Of a DNA stretch of 64,000 nt, positions 9,473-19,639 are shown piece by piece. The notes beneath the pieces are model-generated. The model worked only from the letters and a program-made list of their open reading frames with translations, was not told where the DNA came from and ran no database searches. Location of the stretch: IMG/VR virus record IMGVR_UViG_3300017917_002466, positions 62,001 through 126,000 of that record; one strand, given 5' to 3'. Within the stretch, counting starts at the first letter, position 1. The number at the start of each line of letters is the position of its first letter. The position numbers and the translations under genes are program-made.

Positions 9473-9578
9473 TATAAATACTCATAGATACTTTGAGACA
9501 GCGGATCATTACCGTTTCCTATCCAAGTTAGGATTATCAAAGCATCTCTTACAATAACCTTACTTGGAGGTATCTATG
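9473..9578 (+). promoter_or_regulatory. Late promoter plus HEG leader RNA, copy 3
   Basis: TATAAATA; same fold; loop TCCAAGT pairs ACTTGGA. Confidence 0.87.
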
Positions 9579-10274
9579 AGTATTATAATTTACAAATCAA
9601 CAAATATTGGTGAAAATCCAGAAAACGGTAAAAGTTATATTGGGTTTACTAAACAAAATTTGAATAAACGTAAAAGACAGCATTTAAATGCCGTTAAAAA
9701 TCATAGCAAATATATTTTTCATCAAGCTATTGACCGTTGGGGATTTGAAAGTTTTTCTTGGAAAATTATAGCAATTGTTGAAAATTCTTTAAAAGAAACA
9801 ACAGAAGTTAAAGCAATAAAAGTTTATAATACTCTAACACCAAATGGTTATAATAGTACAACTGGCGGTGAAGGTGGATTTGAAATGATCGATAAAATAA
9901 AAACAAAAATAAGTAATTCTATACGTGGTGAAAAACATCCCATGTTTGGTAAACATTTTTCACAAAAATCTAAAGAGAAAATGTTTAATGCACAAATTGG
10001 TAAAAAAAATCATTTTTATGGTAAAAAACATTCAATTGAAACAAAAAAGAAAATGAGTGAATCTCAAAGGAAACTTAATAAAGACATATATGGTGAAAAA
10101 AATCCTTTTAATAAATATCATTATTATTGTTCTAATAATAAAAATTATTGGAAAGATTTTACTATAAATGAAAGAACAAGTATTTGTGCAAAATTTAGAA
10201 AAGAAAATAAAGATATAATTATTTACAAAAGTATAATAATTATAAGAAAATTAAAAAATGAAAGAATTTTATAA
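9576..10274 (+). CDS. Free-standing GIY-YIG homing endonuclease
   Basis: IIYKSTN..GKSYIGFT..RKRQH, GYNSTTGG, GEKHPMFGK repeats. Confidence 0.9.
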   Translation: MSIIIYKSTNIGENPENGKSYIGFTKQNLNKRKRQHLNAVKNHSKYIFHQAIDRWGFESFSWKIIAIVENSLKETTEVKAIKVYNTLTPNGYNSTTGGEGGFEMIDKIKTKISNSIRGEKHPMFGKHFSQKSKEKMFNAQIGKKNHFYGKKHSIETKKKMSESQRKLNKDIYGEKNPFNKYHYYCSNNKNYWKDFTINERTSICAKFRKENKDIIIYKSIIIIRKLKNERIL

Positions 10275-10710
10275 TGGAGAATATCAGGTTGTCAATAAAC
10301 AAAAATATATTGGTGAAAAAAATCCAAGATATAGAAGTTCATGGGAATGTAGATTTTGTTACTTTTTGGATTTTCAACCAAAAGTTATTCTTTGGGGATA
10401 TGAATGTTTAGTTATCGAATATTTTAATGTTATAGATAAAAAAATACATCGGTATTATCCAGATTTTTATTTTGAAAAACTAGAACAAGATAACTCAATA
10501 AGTAAGTTTGTGGTAGAAGTTAAACCAGCGAATCAGACTGTTCCACCAAAACCACCAAAAAACGGAAATAAAAAAGCACAAAAAAGATATATTTATGAAG
10601 CTCACGAATATGTAAAAAATAAATGTAAATGGGAATCTTCTGAAGAATTTTGTAAAAAACGAGGATTAAAATTTAAAGTCATAACCGAAAATGAACTTTT
10701 TAATAGATAA
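10258..10710 (+). CDS. gp4-like head completion nuclease (TnsA-type)
   Basis: YRSSWE, HRYYPDF, VVEVKP, NKCKW..FKVITE. Confidence 0.8.
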   Translation: MKEFYNGEYQVVNKQKYIGEKNPRYRSSWECRFCYFLDFQPKVILWGYECLVIEYFNVIDKKIHRYYPDFYFEKLEQDNSISKFVVEVKPANQTVPPKPPKNGNKKAQKRYIYEAHEYVKNKCKWESSEEFCKKRGLKFKVITENELFNR

Positions 10711-10725
10711 TTAGGAGAATGACAA

Positions 10726-13700
10726 ATGAATCAATACACTTATAAAGAAGCCTACGATCAAACCTTGAGTTATTTTAACGGAGACGAACTTGCAACCGGA
10801 GTGTTTATTGAAAAATATGCACTTAGAGACAAAGAAGGAAATTTACTTGAAAGCAATCCTTCAATGATGTTTAGAAGAATAGCCAAAGAATTTGCGAGAA
10901 TAGAAAAAGGCAAATTTAAGAACCCACTCACCGAAGACCAAATCTTTGAACTTTTTGACCATTTTAAGTACATAGTTCCAGCAGGAAGCCCTCTTTTTGG
11001 TATTGGAAATGAATTCCAAATTATCAGTCTCTCCAATTGCTTCTTCTGTGAAATCCCAGAAGATAGCTACTCGGCTATTCTAAAGGTTGACGAACAGTTC
11101 GTCAATATCTGCAAACGTAGAGGTGGAGTAGGTGTTTGTTTGGACAAATTAAGACCAGAAGGGGTTCAGACCAACAACGCTGCTAGAACCTCCACTGGCA
11201 TAATACCTTTCTTAGAAAGATACTCCAATACAATCAGAGAAGTAGGTCAAGAAGGAAGAAGGGGAGCAGGAATCGCCATTCTTTCAGTTCATCACCCACA
11301 GATTTTAGATTTCGCTACTGTAAAGAACGATGATAAAAAAGTTACTGGACTTAACATTTCTGTTAAGCTTTCAAATGAATTTATGGAAGCTGTTGATAAA
11401 GATACTGAGTATGAAATTCGTTTCCCAGTTGATTACAAAGAAAGGAATGTAAAGCCAATAATCTCCAAAATGGTTAAAGCCAGAGAAGTTTGGAATACCA
11501 TCATTAAGTCGGCTCACAATAGAGGAGAACCGGGTTTGCTTATGTGGGATAATATCACAAGAGAAACTCCAGCCGATGCATACGAAGAATTTGCGAGCAA
11601 GGGGTGTAACCCTTCATTAAGAAAGGGAACCTTAGTTTTAACTAAAGAAGGCCCACGAGAAATTCAAGACTTAGAAAATAAATTTTTTGAAGTATATAAT
11701 TTAGAAGGTAAATATTCTAAAGCAAAATGCAAACTTTCTGGTAAAAATCAAATACTATATGAAGTTTGTTTGAATACTGGAATGATTTATCATTGTACGG
11801 CCGAACATAGATGGGCTACTCGCCGAGGAGAATTAACAACTTTACAAATTCGACCGGGTGATAAATTACCAACTCTTCGAAAAAAAGATATTTTCAATGG
11901 AAATTTGGGCGATTTTGATGATGGATTTTTAATTGGTTGGTTTATTGGGGATGGCTGGAAAGTTATTAGAAAAGATACTAATAGAAATCAATATGGTTTA
12001 ATTTGTTCAGAAAAAGATTTTAATTCCGGTATTGGAAAAGAATTAATAAGAATTCTTCAAGAAAAAACTGGATATAAAGGAGAATTTCATAAAAGGGAAA
12101 GAAAAAATTCAACGTGGTATGAATTAAATACTTGTAATTTAAAAATAGATAATTATTTCAACAAATTTTATAATCCTGATAAAATTAATGGAATTAATAA
12201 AAAGTTAATTTGTGAATCTTCTGAAATTTTTATTAAAGGCTTAATTAATGGTTATTTGTCTTCTGATGGAAACATTTATAAAAATAAAAGAATTTCTTTT
12301 TCATCTTCAATTAAATATAAAAAACTTTTATTAGATATTTCTGAAATTTTGGGATTTTTTGGAATTAAAACAACATTAAAATATATTCCACCAAGAAAAA
12401 TAATTTTTCCAAACGGTAAAGATTATAACAAAAAATATGAAAGATATGATTTGGTTATTAATGACTTATATTCTAAAAAACATTTTGCTACTTTATTTCA
12501 AAGCAAAATTGATTATAAAAATCAAAAATTAGAGGACATTAAAAAATTAAACTATAAACAAAACGTAAAACCAATAGACTATATTTTGGTTAAAAAAGTA
12601 ACTAAAACATCTGTACAAGAAAATGTTTGGGATATAGAAGTATTTGATAAAGATAATTGTTTTTCATTAAGCCATTGTATAACTCATAATTGTAGCGAGT
12701 TGAATCTTAGCGTACTTGATAGTTGTAGGTTAATATCTTTGAACCTTTTCTCATTCGTGGATAATCCTTTTACAACCAAAGCAAAGTTCAATTATGAAAA
12801 GCTTTCAGAAGTTACAATGATAGCACAGAGACTTATGGACGATTTGGTTGATCTTGAGTCTGAAAAGGTTCAGAAAATAATTGATAAAGTTAAGAAAGAC
12901 CCAGAGCCAATGAAAATCAAGAAAGATGAGATTGAACTTTGGGAAACTATAAAAAAGAATAACGATGAAGGTCGCAGAACAGGATTAGGATTTATGGGGT
13001 TGGCAGACGTGTTTGCCGCTTTAGGAATGAAGTATGGAGAAGAAGATTCTATTAGAAAAGTTGAAAAAATCTCCAAAACTATCAAACTTGCAGCATATCG
13101 TTCTTCAGTTGAAATGGCTAAGGAACTTGGTCATTTTAAGTGTTATGATGCAAAGAAAGAAGAAAATCATCCCTTTATCAAGAGAATTGCAAAAGAAGAC
13201 GAACATCTTTACAAAGATATGAGAAAGTATGGAAGAAGAAATGTTGCTCTATTAACAGTTCCTCCTACGGGTAGTATTTCAATAGAAGCCGGAGTTTCTT
13301 CTGGTATTGAGCCTTTGTTTGAAATTTCTTATACTCGCAGAAAGAAAATAAATGACTCTACTAATGAAAGATCAGATTTTACAGATGTAAGTGGAGATAA
13401 GTGGCAAGAGTTTAAAGTATTCCATAATAGAGTAAAGGAATGGATGGAAGTTACTGGAGAAAAGAATGCTGAGAAGTCTCCTTGGTTTGGTTCTTGTGCC
13501 AATGACATAAACTGGGTAAACAGAGTAAAGCTTCAAGGAACTATTCAAAAGCATATCTGTCACTCCATTTCATCAACTATCAATCTTCCGAAAGATGTTT
13601 CAGTTGAATCAGTCGCAAAGATTTATGAAACTGCTTGGAAAGAAGGTTTGAAAGGAATTACTGTCTATCGTGATGGTTGTAGGTCTGGTGTGCTTGTTAA

Positions 13701-14229
13701 GAAAGACGATTGTAATAGGGAAGCTCCTAAGCGTCCAAAAGAACTTCCTTGTGAAATATATCATACCAATATCACAAAGAAGCTTGACAAAGTTAGAACT
13801 TTCAAATATATGGTTATGATTGGCATTATGGAAGACGCGCCATACGAAATCTTTGCTATTGAAAACGGCCAGTACAAACATACCAAAGGAAAGGTTATCA
13901 AGATTAAGAGAGGTCATTATGACTTGGAGTTTGAAAATGGTGAGAAAGTAGAAAATTTTACCAAGGATACAACTGATAATGAAGACTCATTAACAAGAAT
14001 GGTTTCTACATCTTTGAGACATAAAGTTCCAATTCACTTTATTTGTGAGCAGCTAAACAAAGTTGAAGGAGAAATGTTCTGTTTTTCCAAGTCTATCGCA
14101 AGAGCCTTAAAGAAGTACATTAAAGATGGAACTAAGTCAGGAGAAGATTGTCAGAATTGTGGAGCAAGATTAGTTTATGAAAACGGATGCTTCACCTGTA
14201 AATCTTGTGGATTTTCAAAATGTGGTTGA
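10726..14229 (+). CDS. nrdJ: Class II (adenosylcobalamin) ribonucleotide reductase with intein
   Basis: LSNCF, GGVG, GEPG, NP/CSE split by intein, RRTGLG, VPPTGSIS, GITVYRDG, C-terminal Cys pairs. Confidence 0.9.
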   Translation: MNQYTYKEAYDQTLSYFNGDELATGVFIEKYALRDKEGNLLESNPSMMFRRIAKEFARIEKGKFKNPLTEDQIFELFDHFKYIVPAGSPLFGIGNEFQIISLSNCFFCEIPEDSYSAILKVDEQFVNICKRRGGVGVCLDKLRPEGVQTNNAARTSTGIIPFLERYSNTIREVGQEGRRGAGIAILSVHHPQILDFATVKNDDKKVTGLNISVKLSNEFMEAVDKDTEYEIRFPVDYKERNVKPIISKMVKAREVWNTIIKSAHNRGEPGLLMWDNITRETPADAYEEFASKGCNPSLRKGTLVLTKEGPREIQDLENKFFEVYNLEGKYSKAKCKLSGKNQILYEVCLNTGMIYHCTAEHRWATRRGELTTLQIRPGDKLPTLRKKDIFNGNLGDFDDGFLIGWFIGDGWKVIRKDTNRNQYGLICSEKDFNSGIGKELIRILQEKTGYKGEFHKRERKNSTWYELNTCNLKIDNYFNKFYNPDKINGINKKLICESSEIFIKGLINGYLSSDGNIYKNKRISFSSSIKYKKLLLDISEILGFFGIKTTLKYIPPRKIIFPNGKDYNKKYERYDLVINDLYSKKHFATLFQSKIDYKNQKLEDIKKLNYKQNVKPIDYILVKKVTKTSVQENVWDIEVFDKDNCFSLSHCITHNCSELNLSVLDSCRLISLNLFSFVDNPFTTKAKFNYEKLSEVTMIAQRLMDDLVDLESEKVQKIIDKVKKDPEPMKIKKDEIELWETIKKNNDEGRRTGLGFMGLADVFAALGMKYGEEDSIRKVEKISKTIKLAAYRSSVEMAKELGHFKCYDAKKEENHPFIKRIAKEDEHLYKDMRKYGRRNVALLTVPPTGSISIEAGVSSGIEPLFEISYTRRKKINDSTNERSDFTDVSGDKWQEFKVFHNRVKEWMEVTGEKNAEKSPWFGSCANDINWVNRVKLQGTIQKHICHSISSTINLPKDVSVESVAKIYETAWKEGLKGITVYRDGCRSGVLVKKDDCNREAPKRPKELPCEIYHTNITKKLDKVRTFKYMVMIGIMEDAPYEIFAIENGQYKHTKGKVIKIKRGHYDLEFENGEKVENFTKDTTDNEDSLTRMVSTSLRHKVPIHFICEQLNKVEGEMFCFSKSIARALKKYIKDGTKSGEDCQNCGARLVYENGCFTCKSCGFSKCG
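11614..12690 (+). mobile_element. LAGLIDADG intein (359 aa, Ser1) in the RNR active-site NPC motif
   Basis: CNP|SLRKGTLVLT..GFLIGWFIGDG..GYLSSDG..VWDIEV..ITHN|CSE. Confidence 0.9.
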
Positions 14230-14254
14230 CAAGTTGAATTGAAAATGTTATCAT
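14226..14254 (+). promoter_or_regulatory. sigma70-type promoter
   Basis: TTGACA-N17-TATCAT with extended TG. Confidence 0.7.
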
Positions 14255-14284
14255 ATTTGGGTAACCTATTGAAAGGAGTTTATT

Positions 14285-14596
14285 ATGTTTAAAATCCAAT
14301 TGAAAGATGATTCAGTTCAAATGAGTAAAGAATATTTTATTGATTTTTTAAAGCAATTAAATATTGTTTACTCTGTTAAAAAGAATACTGTAATAATTAA
14401 AACCGCCGAAGAAATTGATGATGAAAGATTTTCCGTTCCTCTTGAACTAGAGGAAAAAGAACTCCTTCATCTTATGTCAATGGCTCATGCAAAAAATCTT
14501 TCTTTCAATGATTTCTGCAACAAAGTTCTTTGTGAAGAAATTGAAAAGCTTGAACAAGCTCAAAAGTCTAAGAAGACAAAGAAAACCAAGAAATGA
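14285..14596 (+). CDS. Hypothetical protein
   Basis: ORF with GGAG SD. Confidence 0.65.
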   Translation: MFKIQLKDDSVQMSKEYFIDFLKQLNIVYSVKKNTVIIKTAEEIDDERFSVPLELEEKELLHLMSMAHAKNLSFNDFCNKVLCEEIEKLEQAQKSKKTKKTKK

Positions 14597-15081
14597 ATTT
14601 TGACGATTATTATATGAACATGGCTTACCTTGTTGCCATGAAAAGCAAGGATGAGTCAACTCATATCGGAGCGGTTGTTGTAGGTTCCGATAACGAGGTG
14701 CGTTCAGTAGGCTACAATAGTTATCCAAGAGGAATTAATGATAACTTACCAGAGAGGCAAGTTCGTCCCGAAAAGTATTTTTGGTTTGAACATGCCGAAA
14801 GAAACGCTGTGTACAATGCTACTCTTTTAGGAACTTCGCTTAAAGGTTGTAGAATGTATACTAATGGAATTCCTTGTATGGATTGTGCAAGAGCAATAGT
14901 TCAAGCAGGTATTAAAGAAGTTATCATTGATAAAAAGTGGGATGATAATAACGATGATATTTGGATTGAAAACGCCAAAAGAACCAAAATCCTATTTCAA
15001 GAAACCGGAGTTAGTCTTCGTTTTTGGGAAGGAGAACTGGTTTGTATCAAAAGGTTCAAAAGGGGAAAGGTGTTTGAATGA
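14593..15081 (+). CDS. dCMP deaminase
   Basis: GYNSYPRG, HAERNA, PCMDCARAI. Confidence 0.9.
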   Translation: MNFDDYYMNMAYLVAMKSKDESTHIGAVVVGSDNEVRSVGYNSYPRGINDNLPERQVRPEKYFWFEHAERNAVYNATLLGTSLKGCRMYTNGIPCMDCARAIVQAGIKEVIIDKKWDDNNDDIWIENAKRTKILFQETGVSLRFWEGELVCIKRFKRGKVFE

Positions 15082-15617
15082 TAATTGAAACTAATGAAAT
15101 CTTTGGTTTTGTTTCGGCTTTTAGAGCTTTAAGACTTCCATTCAAGGGGAAAAGCAAAAGCGATTCTGAAACAAATTCCTTTTGTGATGCAGAAGGATTT
15201 AGTATTATTTTACATTCTGAAATTTCAATTGGACCTAAAGATTTAGCGATTCTCAGAAGTCTTATCAAAAACGGTGACGAACACGCTAAAGTAGTCCGTG
15301 GAATAATCGTATCATGTTCAATAGTTGCTCCTCGCTACTGGTGGCAAGAAATGGATACCTATAGAATAGGACATGAGAGATTGGCTTCGGAGTCAACAAT
15401 GCATGTTGAAGCAAAAGGATTGACAGGAGAAGAACTTCAAAGAGCAAAATCAGAAATTAAAGAAGGTTTAGAACAAGAACGTATTGACGAGTTTTCATAT
15501 CAAACACTAAGAAGAATATACTTTCAGCGCAAATCTCATAGACTTCCTGAATGGAAGATTTTCATTGAATGGATAAAGACTCTTCCATTGGCAAAAGAAC
15601 TTATTTTTATAGAGTAA
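15078..15617 (+). CDS. Phage ThyX-like protein (remote flavin-dependent thymidylate synthase fold)
   Basis: IGPKDL..HAK..APRYWWQEMDTYRIG..SESTMH family signature; sits beside dCMP deaminase. Confidence 0.45.
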   Translation: MIIETNEIFGFVSAFRALRLPFKGKSKSDSETNSFCDAEGFSIILHSEISIGPKDLAILRSLIKNGDEHAKVVRGIIVSCSIVAPRYWWQEMDTYRIGHERLASESTMHVEAKGLTGEELQRAKSEIKEGLEQERIDEFSYQTLRRIYFQRKSHRLPEWKIFIEWIKTLPLAKELIFIE

Positions 15618-15632
15618 TAAGGAGATATTAAA

Positions 15633-16001
15633 ATGGAATTCAAAGATTATCAGAAGCTAGCCTCACAGACAGCTATTTACCTTGATAAGTTCAAAATGAT
15701 TTATGAGAGACTTCCAGAACCAGTTATGAAGTATCTTGGACTTTCATATACTGCAAACGGACTTGGAGAAGTTGGAGAGATTCAAGGTAAAGTCAAAAAG
15801 ATTCTTCGTGACCAAGCCGGTAATATCACTGATGCAAACCGAGAAGACTTGAAGAAGGAACTTGGTGATGTAATGTGGTATGTCGCGGCTATGTGTACTG
15901 AACTTGGTCTTTCAATGGATGATGTAGCTCAGGCCAATATTGATAAACTGTTTGACAGAAAGCTAAGAAATAAGATCACAGGATCAGGAGACAACCGATA
16001 A
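15633..16001 (+). CDS. MazG-like NTP pyrophosphohydrolase
   Basis: GEVGE..KELGDVMWY..NIDKL. Confidence 0.88.
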   Translation: MEFKDYQKLASQTAIYLDKFKMIYERLPEPVMKYLGLSYTANGLGEVGEIQGKVKKILRDQAGNITDANREDLKKELGDVMWYVAAMCTELGLSMDDVAQANIDKLFDRKLRNKITGSGDNR

Positions 16002-16040
16002 AGACTCTTAAATACAAAGTCAAAATTTCAATCTAAAAAT

Positions 16041-16069
16041 TTGACAAAATAGAAAGAAAATGATATAAT
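16041..16069 (+). promoter_or_regulatory. sigma70-type promoter
   Basis: TTGACA-N17-TATAAT with extended TG. Confidence 0.8.
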
Positions 16070-16100
16070 AATAGAAACAACTTTAACAAGGAGTATTTGT

Positions 16101-16802
16101 ATGGCAAAAGTACAGTATAATGCCGAACTGTTTGACCTTCTAAAAGACCTCACTTCAATCAACATTAATGTTGTTTTTGAAAAGGACGACAAAAGCAATA
16201 TCATTATCAGAAGGGCTGATAGTGAATCAACAATTGCGTATCAGTTGAAGGCTCCAAAGAGCTTCTTTGATTTTGAAGAAGAACAGATTGCCTTTTATAA
16301 CTATCCTGAATTCTATCAGTACTTTAAGGCATTTTCACAACCTGAAATGTCAATTGATGAAAAGAAGATTTTGCTCGTTGAGGGAAGTTCTAAAACTGAA
16401 TATCTTCTTTCAAATCCAGAAAGTATCCCAGCCGGTCCGAAGTCAATTAACTTTAAAGACCCAGATGTGAAAATAAATCTTTCATCTTCAGAGTTAGATG
16501 ATCTATTAAAAATGATCGGACTCATCAACTCCAAGAAAGCACAAGTCTATGGAAATGGCCAGAGCATTACTTTCAAGGTATTCAACAGTCTTCACGATAA
16601 TACTTTTGAAAAGACTTTCAAAGTTGAGAATCTTTCAAAGACAAAGGAAGAAATTGACTTTGTAATGTTCTCTGATACTTTCAAGAATCTCCCCCCAAAG
16701 AGAGATTACGTCATTGAAATTAAAGCTCAAGGATTTATCAAGATTTCCCTTGTTGACGAAAAAGTAAGTCTTGATATTTTCACCGGCCGGGTTAAAAACT
16801 AA
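16101..16802 (+). CDS. gp45: Sliding clamp (gp45)
   Basis: LKDLTSININVVF..FYNYPEF, ~230 aa, next to clamp loader. Confidence 0.75.
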   Translation: MAKVQYNAELFDLLKDLTSININVVFEKDDKSNIIIRRADSESTIAYQLKAPKSFFDFEEEQIAFYNYPEFYQYFKAFSQPEMSIDEKKILLVEGSSKTEYLLSNPESIPAGPKSINFKDPDVKINLSSSELDDLLKMIGLINSKKAQVYGNGQSITFKVFNSLHDNTFEKTFKVENLSKTKEEIDFVMFSDTFKNLPPKRDYVIEIKAQGFIKISLVDEKVSLDIFTGRVKN

Positions 16803-16820
16803 TAAGGAGAGGATTAACAA

Positions 16821-17555
16821 ATGGAAGAAGTAAAGAAGGAAATTGAACAGACTGCTGAAGTCAAGGAAGTTATTACAGTTGATGAAAATGTTAATGCCAC
16901 CCCAGAGGAAAATCACGTCATAGAGACCGAATCCTCAGATGATGAGTTTGAGTCACAAGAAGGTTTGTGGACTGGGAATACTAAGTATGACGTTCCTGAC
17001 AATGCAGATAAGTTTGTTGATACCAAGGATGGTACAGTTGTTGATAAGGAAGACCTTACTCCTTTTCAGATGATTAAGGCTGTAGCCAAACAGAATAACC
17101 ATAATATTAAAGACCCTGATAAGGGTTGTAGAAAATGTTATGGTAGGGGATATGAAGGAATGGATTCTGAAACAAAGATGCCAATTCCTTGTAGATGCCT
17201 ATTCAGAGGAAAGACCGAAAAAGAAAAAGAAGCTGATATGATGTATGATATGAAAAACAATCCTGGTAAATTAACTGGCTTACAGAAGCGAAGAGTTGCC
17301 AAAGCATTATTTAAACAATTTAAGATTCAGAGAAAAATCATTAATAGACAAAAAATGAATCCTAAATCAGAAAAAACTGAAATAACCGAAGAACAGAAGA
17401 AGTCATACATTGCCAACATTTTGAAGGTCTACGAAGAAACAATGTCTTTAAAGAAGACTGCTCAGAAGGTTAACATTACTTTAACGGAACTCAAGAAAAT
17501 TGTAAAGGAAAGCCGTTCAAAGGTTGAAAAATTGAAAACAAAGGAAAATGAATAA
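16821..17555 (+). CDS. Hypothetical protein with CxxCxGxG..PCxC zinc finger
   Basis: GCRKCYGRG..IPCRC. Confidence 0.7.
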   Translation: MEEVKKEIEQTAEVKEVITVDENVNATPEENHVIETESSDDEFESQEGLWTGNTKYDVPDNADKFVDTKDGTVVDKEDLTPFQMIKAVAKQNNHNIKDPDKGCRKCYGRGYEGMDSETKMPIPCRCLFRGKTEKEKEADMMYDMKNNPGKLTGLQKRRVAKALFKQFKIQRKIINRQKMNPKSEKTEITEEQKKSYIANILKVYEETMSLKKTAQKVNITLTELKKIVKESRSKVEKLKTKENE

Positions 17556-17574
17556 CTATAAAGGTTGGACTTTC

Positions 17575-17680
17575 AAAAATGTCCAACCTTTATGACTCTT
17601 TCTTTTACCTTTTATAACTTGGTATATTTTAGATGAGTTTATACCAAGATTGGAGTTTAGAAATGCTTGAAAAAACAAAC
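17575..17680 (-). pseudogene. Relic of a HEG C-terminal HTH domain
   Basis: Minus strand reads NSNLGINSSKIYQVIKGKRKSHKGWTF. Confidence 0.6.
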
Positions 17681-18637
17681 GAGAATAAAGCAAAAAAACA
17701 GAAAAGATTTTCTCTTTGGGTCGAGCGCTACCGCCCAATTACAGTAAGTCAGATTATTCTTCCCAAAGAAGTCAAAGCTTTTTTCCTGAAGCTTGTTGAA
17801 GAAAAGGAGGTTCCGAATCTCCTTCTTTATTCTTCAAGCCCCGGTGTCGGTAAGACGACAATGGCAAAGGCTTTGGTTAATGATATTAAGTCTGATTATA
17901 TCTATATCAATATGTCGTTGGAGAGCGGTATTGATACTTTGAGGAATCGTATTTCTAAATTCGCAACTTCATACTCAATGTTTGGAGAAAACGAAGGCGG
18001 AAAGAAAATTTGTATATTGGACGAGTTTGACGGTTCAACCCCGGCTCTCCAAGCAGCTATGAGAGGATTTATGGAAGAGTTTCAGGATAGCTGCCGATTC
18101 GTTCTCACCTGTAACTATATCACCAAAATCATAGAACCCTTGAAGTCAAGATGTCAACAGATTGATTTCAATATGATGGACATAAAGTCTCAAGAACAAT
18201 GTAAACCACTTATTATAAGTAGACTTTTGGGAATATTGAAGAATGAAAAGGTTGATTTTAAAAACGAAACCATTCAGAAGATTGTTGATACTTTCTATCC
18301 AGATGTTCGTAGAATGATTAATCTTCTTCAGCAATATTCCAAAAATAATGGTATAATTGATGGTGGTATTTTTGATGTTGAAAAGGTGGATACTGAATTC
18401 TATCAGATGATTTTGAATAAGAAACTCACCGACGCAAGAAGGTATGTCATTGAACGTAATTACAACTTTGATGAAATGTACAGAAACCTTTTTGATAATA
18501 TGGTTCCTATGCTTGATAAGCCAAAACAAGCACAGGCTATTTTAGTTATAGCCGAATATGCTTTTCGTTCAGTTCACGTTTTGGACAAAGAAATAAACTT
18601 CACAGCCTGTTTAATAGAATTAATGTCAATTTTATAG
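17663..18637 (+). CDS. gp44: Clamp loader ATPase subunit (gp44)
   Basis: LWVERYRP, PGVGKTT, ILDEFD, SRC. Confidence 0.93.
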   Translation: MLEKTNENKAKKQKRFSLWVERYRPITVSQIILPKEVKAFFLKLVEEKEVPNLLLYSSSPGVGKTTMAKALVNDIKSDYIYINMSLESGIDTLRNRISKFATSYSMFGENEGGKKICILDEFDGSTPALQAAMRGFMEEFQDSCRFVLTCNYITKIIEPLKSRCQQIDFNMMDIKSQEQCKPLIISRLLGILKNEKVDFKNETIQKIVDTFYPDVRRMINLLQQYSKNNGIIDGGIFDVEKVDTEFYQMILNKKLTDARRYVIERNYNFDEMYRNLFDNMVPMLDKPKQAQAILVIAEYAFRSVHVLDKEINFTACLIELMSIL

Positions 18638-18641
18638 AAAA

Positions 18642-18851
18642 TTGTTTAACAAAGGAGATTTTATGATGACAGATCAAGAAAAAATTGATTTAAAAAATGA
18701 AATTGAAAAAGCAGAAAAGACTTTAAAATTAATGGAACAAAATGCTGAAAAAATTAAAATAGAAGATCGAGATGGTTCTTATTGGAGAATTTTAAAAGCA
18801 AACGAAAGTTTTGAAAAACATATTGAATATATGAAGAATTTGTTAAAATAG
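18642..18851 (+). CDS. Hypothetical protein
   Basis: Small ORF; GGAG SD before internal ATG. Confidence 0.55.
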   Translation: MFNKGDFMMTDQEKIDLKNEIEKAEKTLKLMEQNAEKIKIEDRDGSYWRILKANESFEKHIEYMKNLLK

Positions 18852-18862
18852 GAGAAAAGTAA

Positions 18863-19639
18863 ATGGCTAATATCAAATGCATTGTACCAAGACTTAATAA
18901 TCAAAAGTTTCAAATATTTACAGAACCATCTATGAAAAAGATAAGTTCACAAGTACTTCAAATTTTTGATAAAGACCCTACTAAACCTGAAAATATATTT
19001 AAAAAGTATAATGCTGGTATTGAAGCAGTTATACAAAATGGTCTTGAAGATGGGGATATTGTAATTTTCTTACACGAGGACGTTGGTATTATAGACAACC
19101 TTTTTCGAGAAAAAATTGAACTTCTTTTTCAAGAAAAAAATGATGTTGCTATTGTCGGAATAGCTGGTGCTGTTGAAATTACTGAACGTCTAGGCTGGTG
19201 GATGACAACTCCAGATAAAATGAGAGGCCATTTAATACAGGGGAAAGCTGATGGTGGTCAAGGAGAAGGATTTCATTTACAAAAAGGCCCTATAGGATAT
19301 TTTGATGACTTAGTAGCTATAGATGGTTGTATGATGATAACTCAAGGAAGATTTATTAAAGAAGGCTTAAGATTTGACGATCAGACTTTTACTTCTGGTA
19401 ACGATTTTTATGATATAGATTTTGGACTGAAGGCTTTAGAAATGGGATATAAAATTTCTGTAGCTGATATTCTTATTTTTCATCAATCTTCTGGTATGGG
19501 AGTCTTTAATGAAGCTTGGAAAAATAATGGAAAAATATTAATTGAAAAATGGACGAGTAAAGGTTATAAATTACCATTTACGAGAGATCAGTTTAAAATG
19601 AAAGAAGTTAATAACGAAATCGTGGAGATTAACATATGA
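18863..19639 (+). CDS. GT-A fold glycosyltransferase (family 2-like)
   Basis: IFLHEDV, VGIAG, AIDG, FYDIDF, IFHQS. Confidence 0.75.
   Translation: MANIKCIVPRLNNQKFQIFTEPSMKKISSQVLQIFDKDPTKPENIFKKYNAGIEAVIQNGLEDGDIVIFLHEDVGIIDNLFREKIELLFQEKNDVAIVGIAGAVEITERLGWWMTTPDKMRGHLIQGKADGGQGEGFHLQKGPIGYFDDLVAIDGCMMITQGRFIKEGLRFDDQTFTSGNDFYDIDFGLKALEMGYKISVADILIFHQSSGMGVFNEAWKNNGKILIEKWTSKGYKLPFTRDQFKMKEVNNEIVEINI

Noticed and set aside
4600-10274. Group I introns hosting the GIY-YIG genes
   Set aside because: The HEGs lie between intact genes, flanking ORFs do not rejoin, and I saw no intron core elements.
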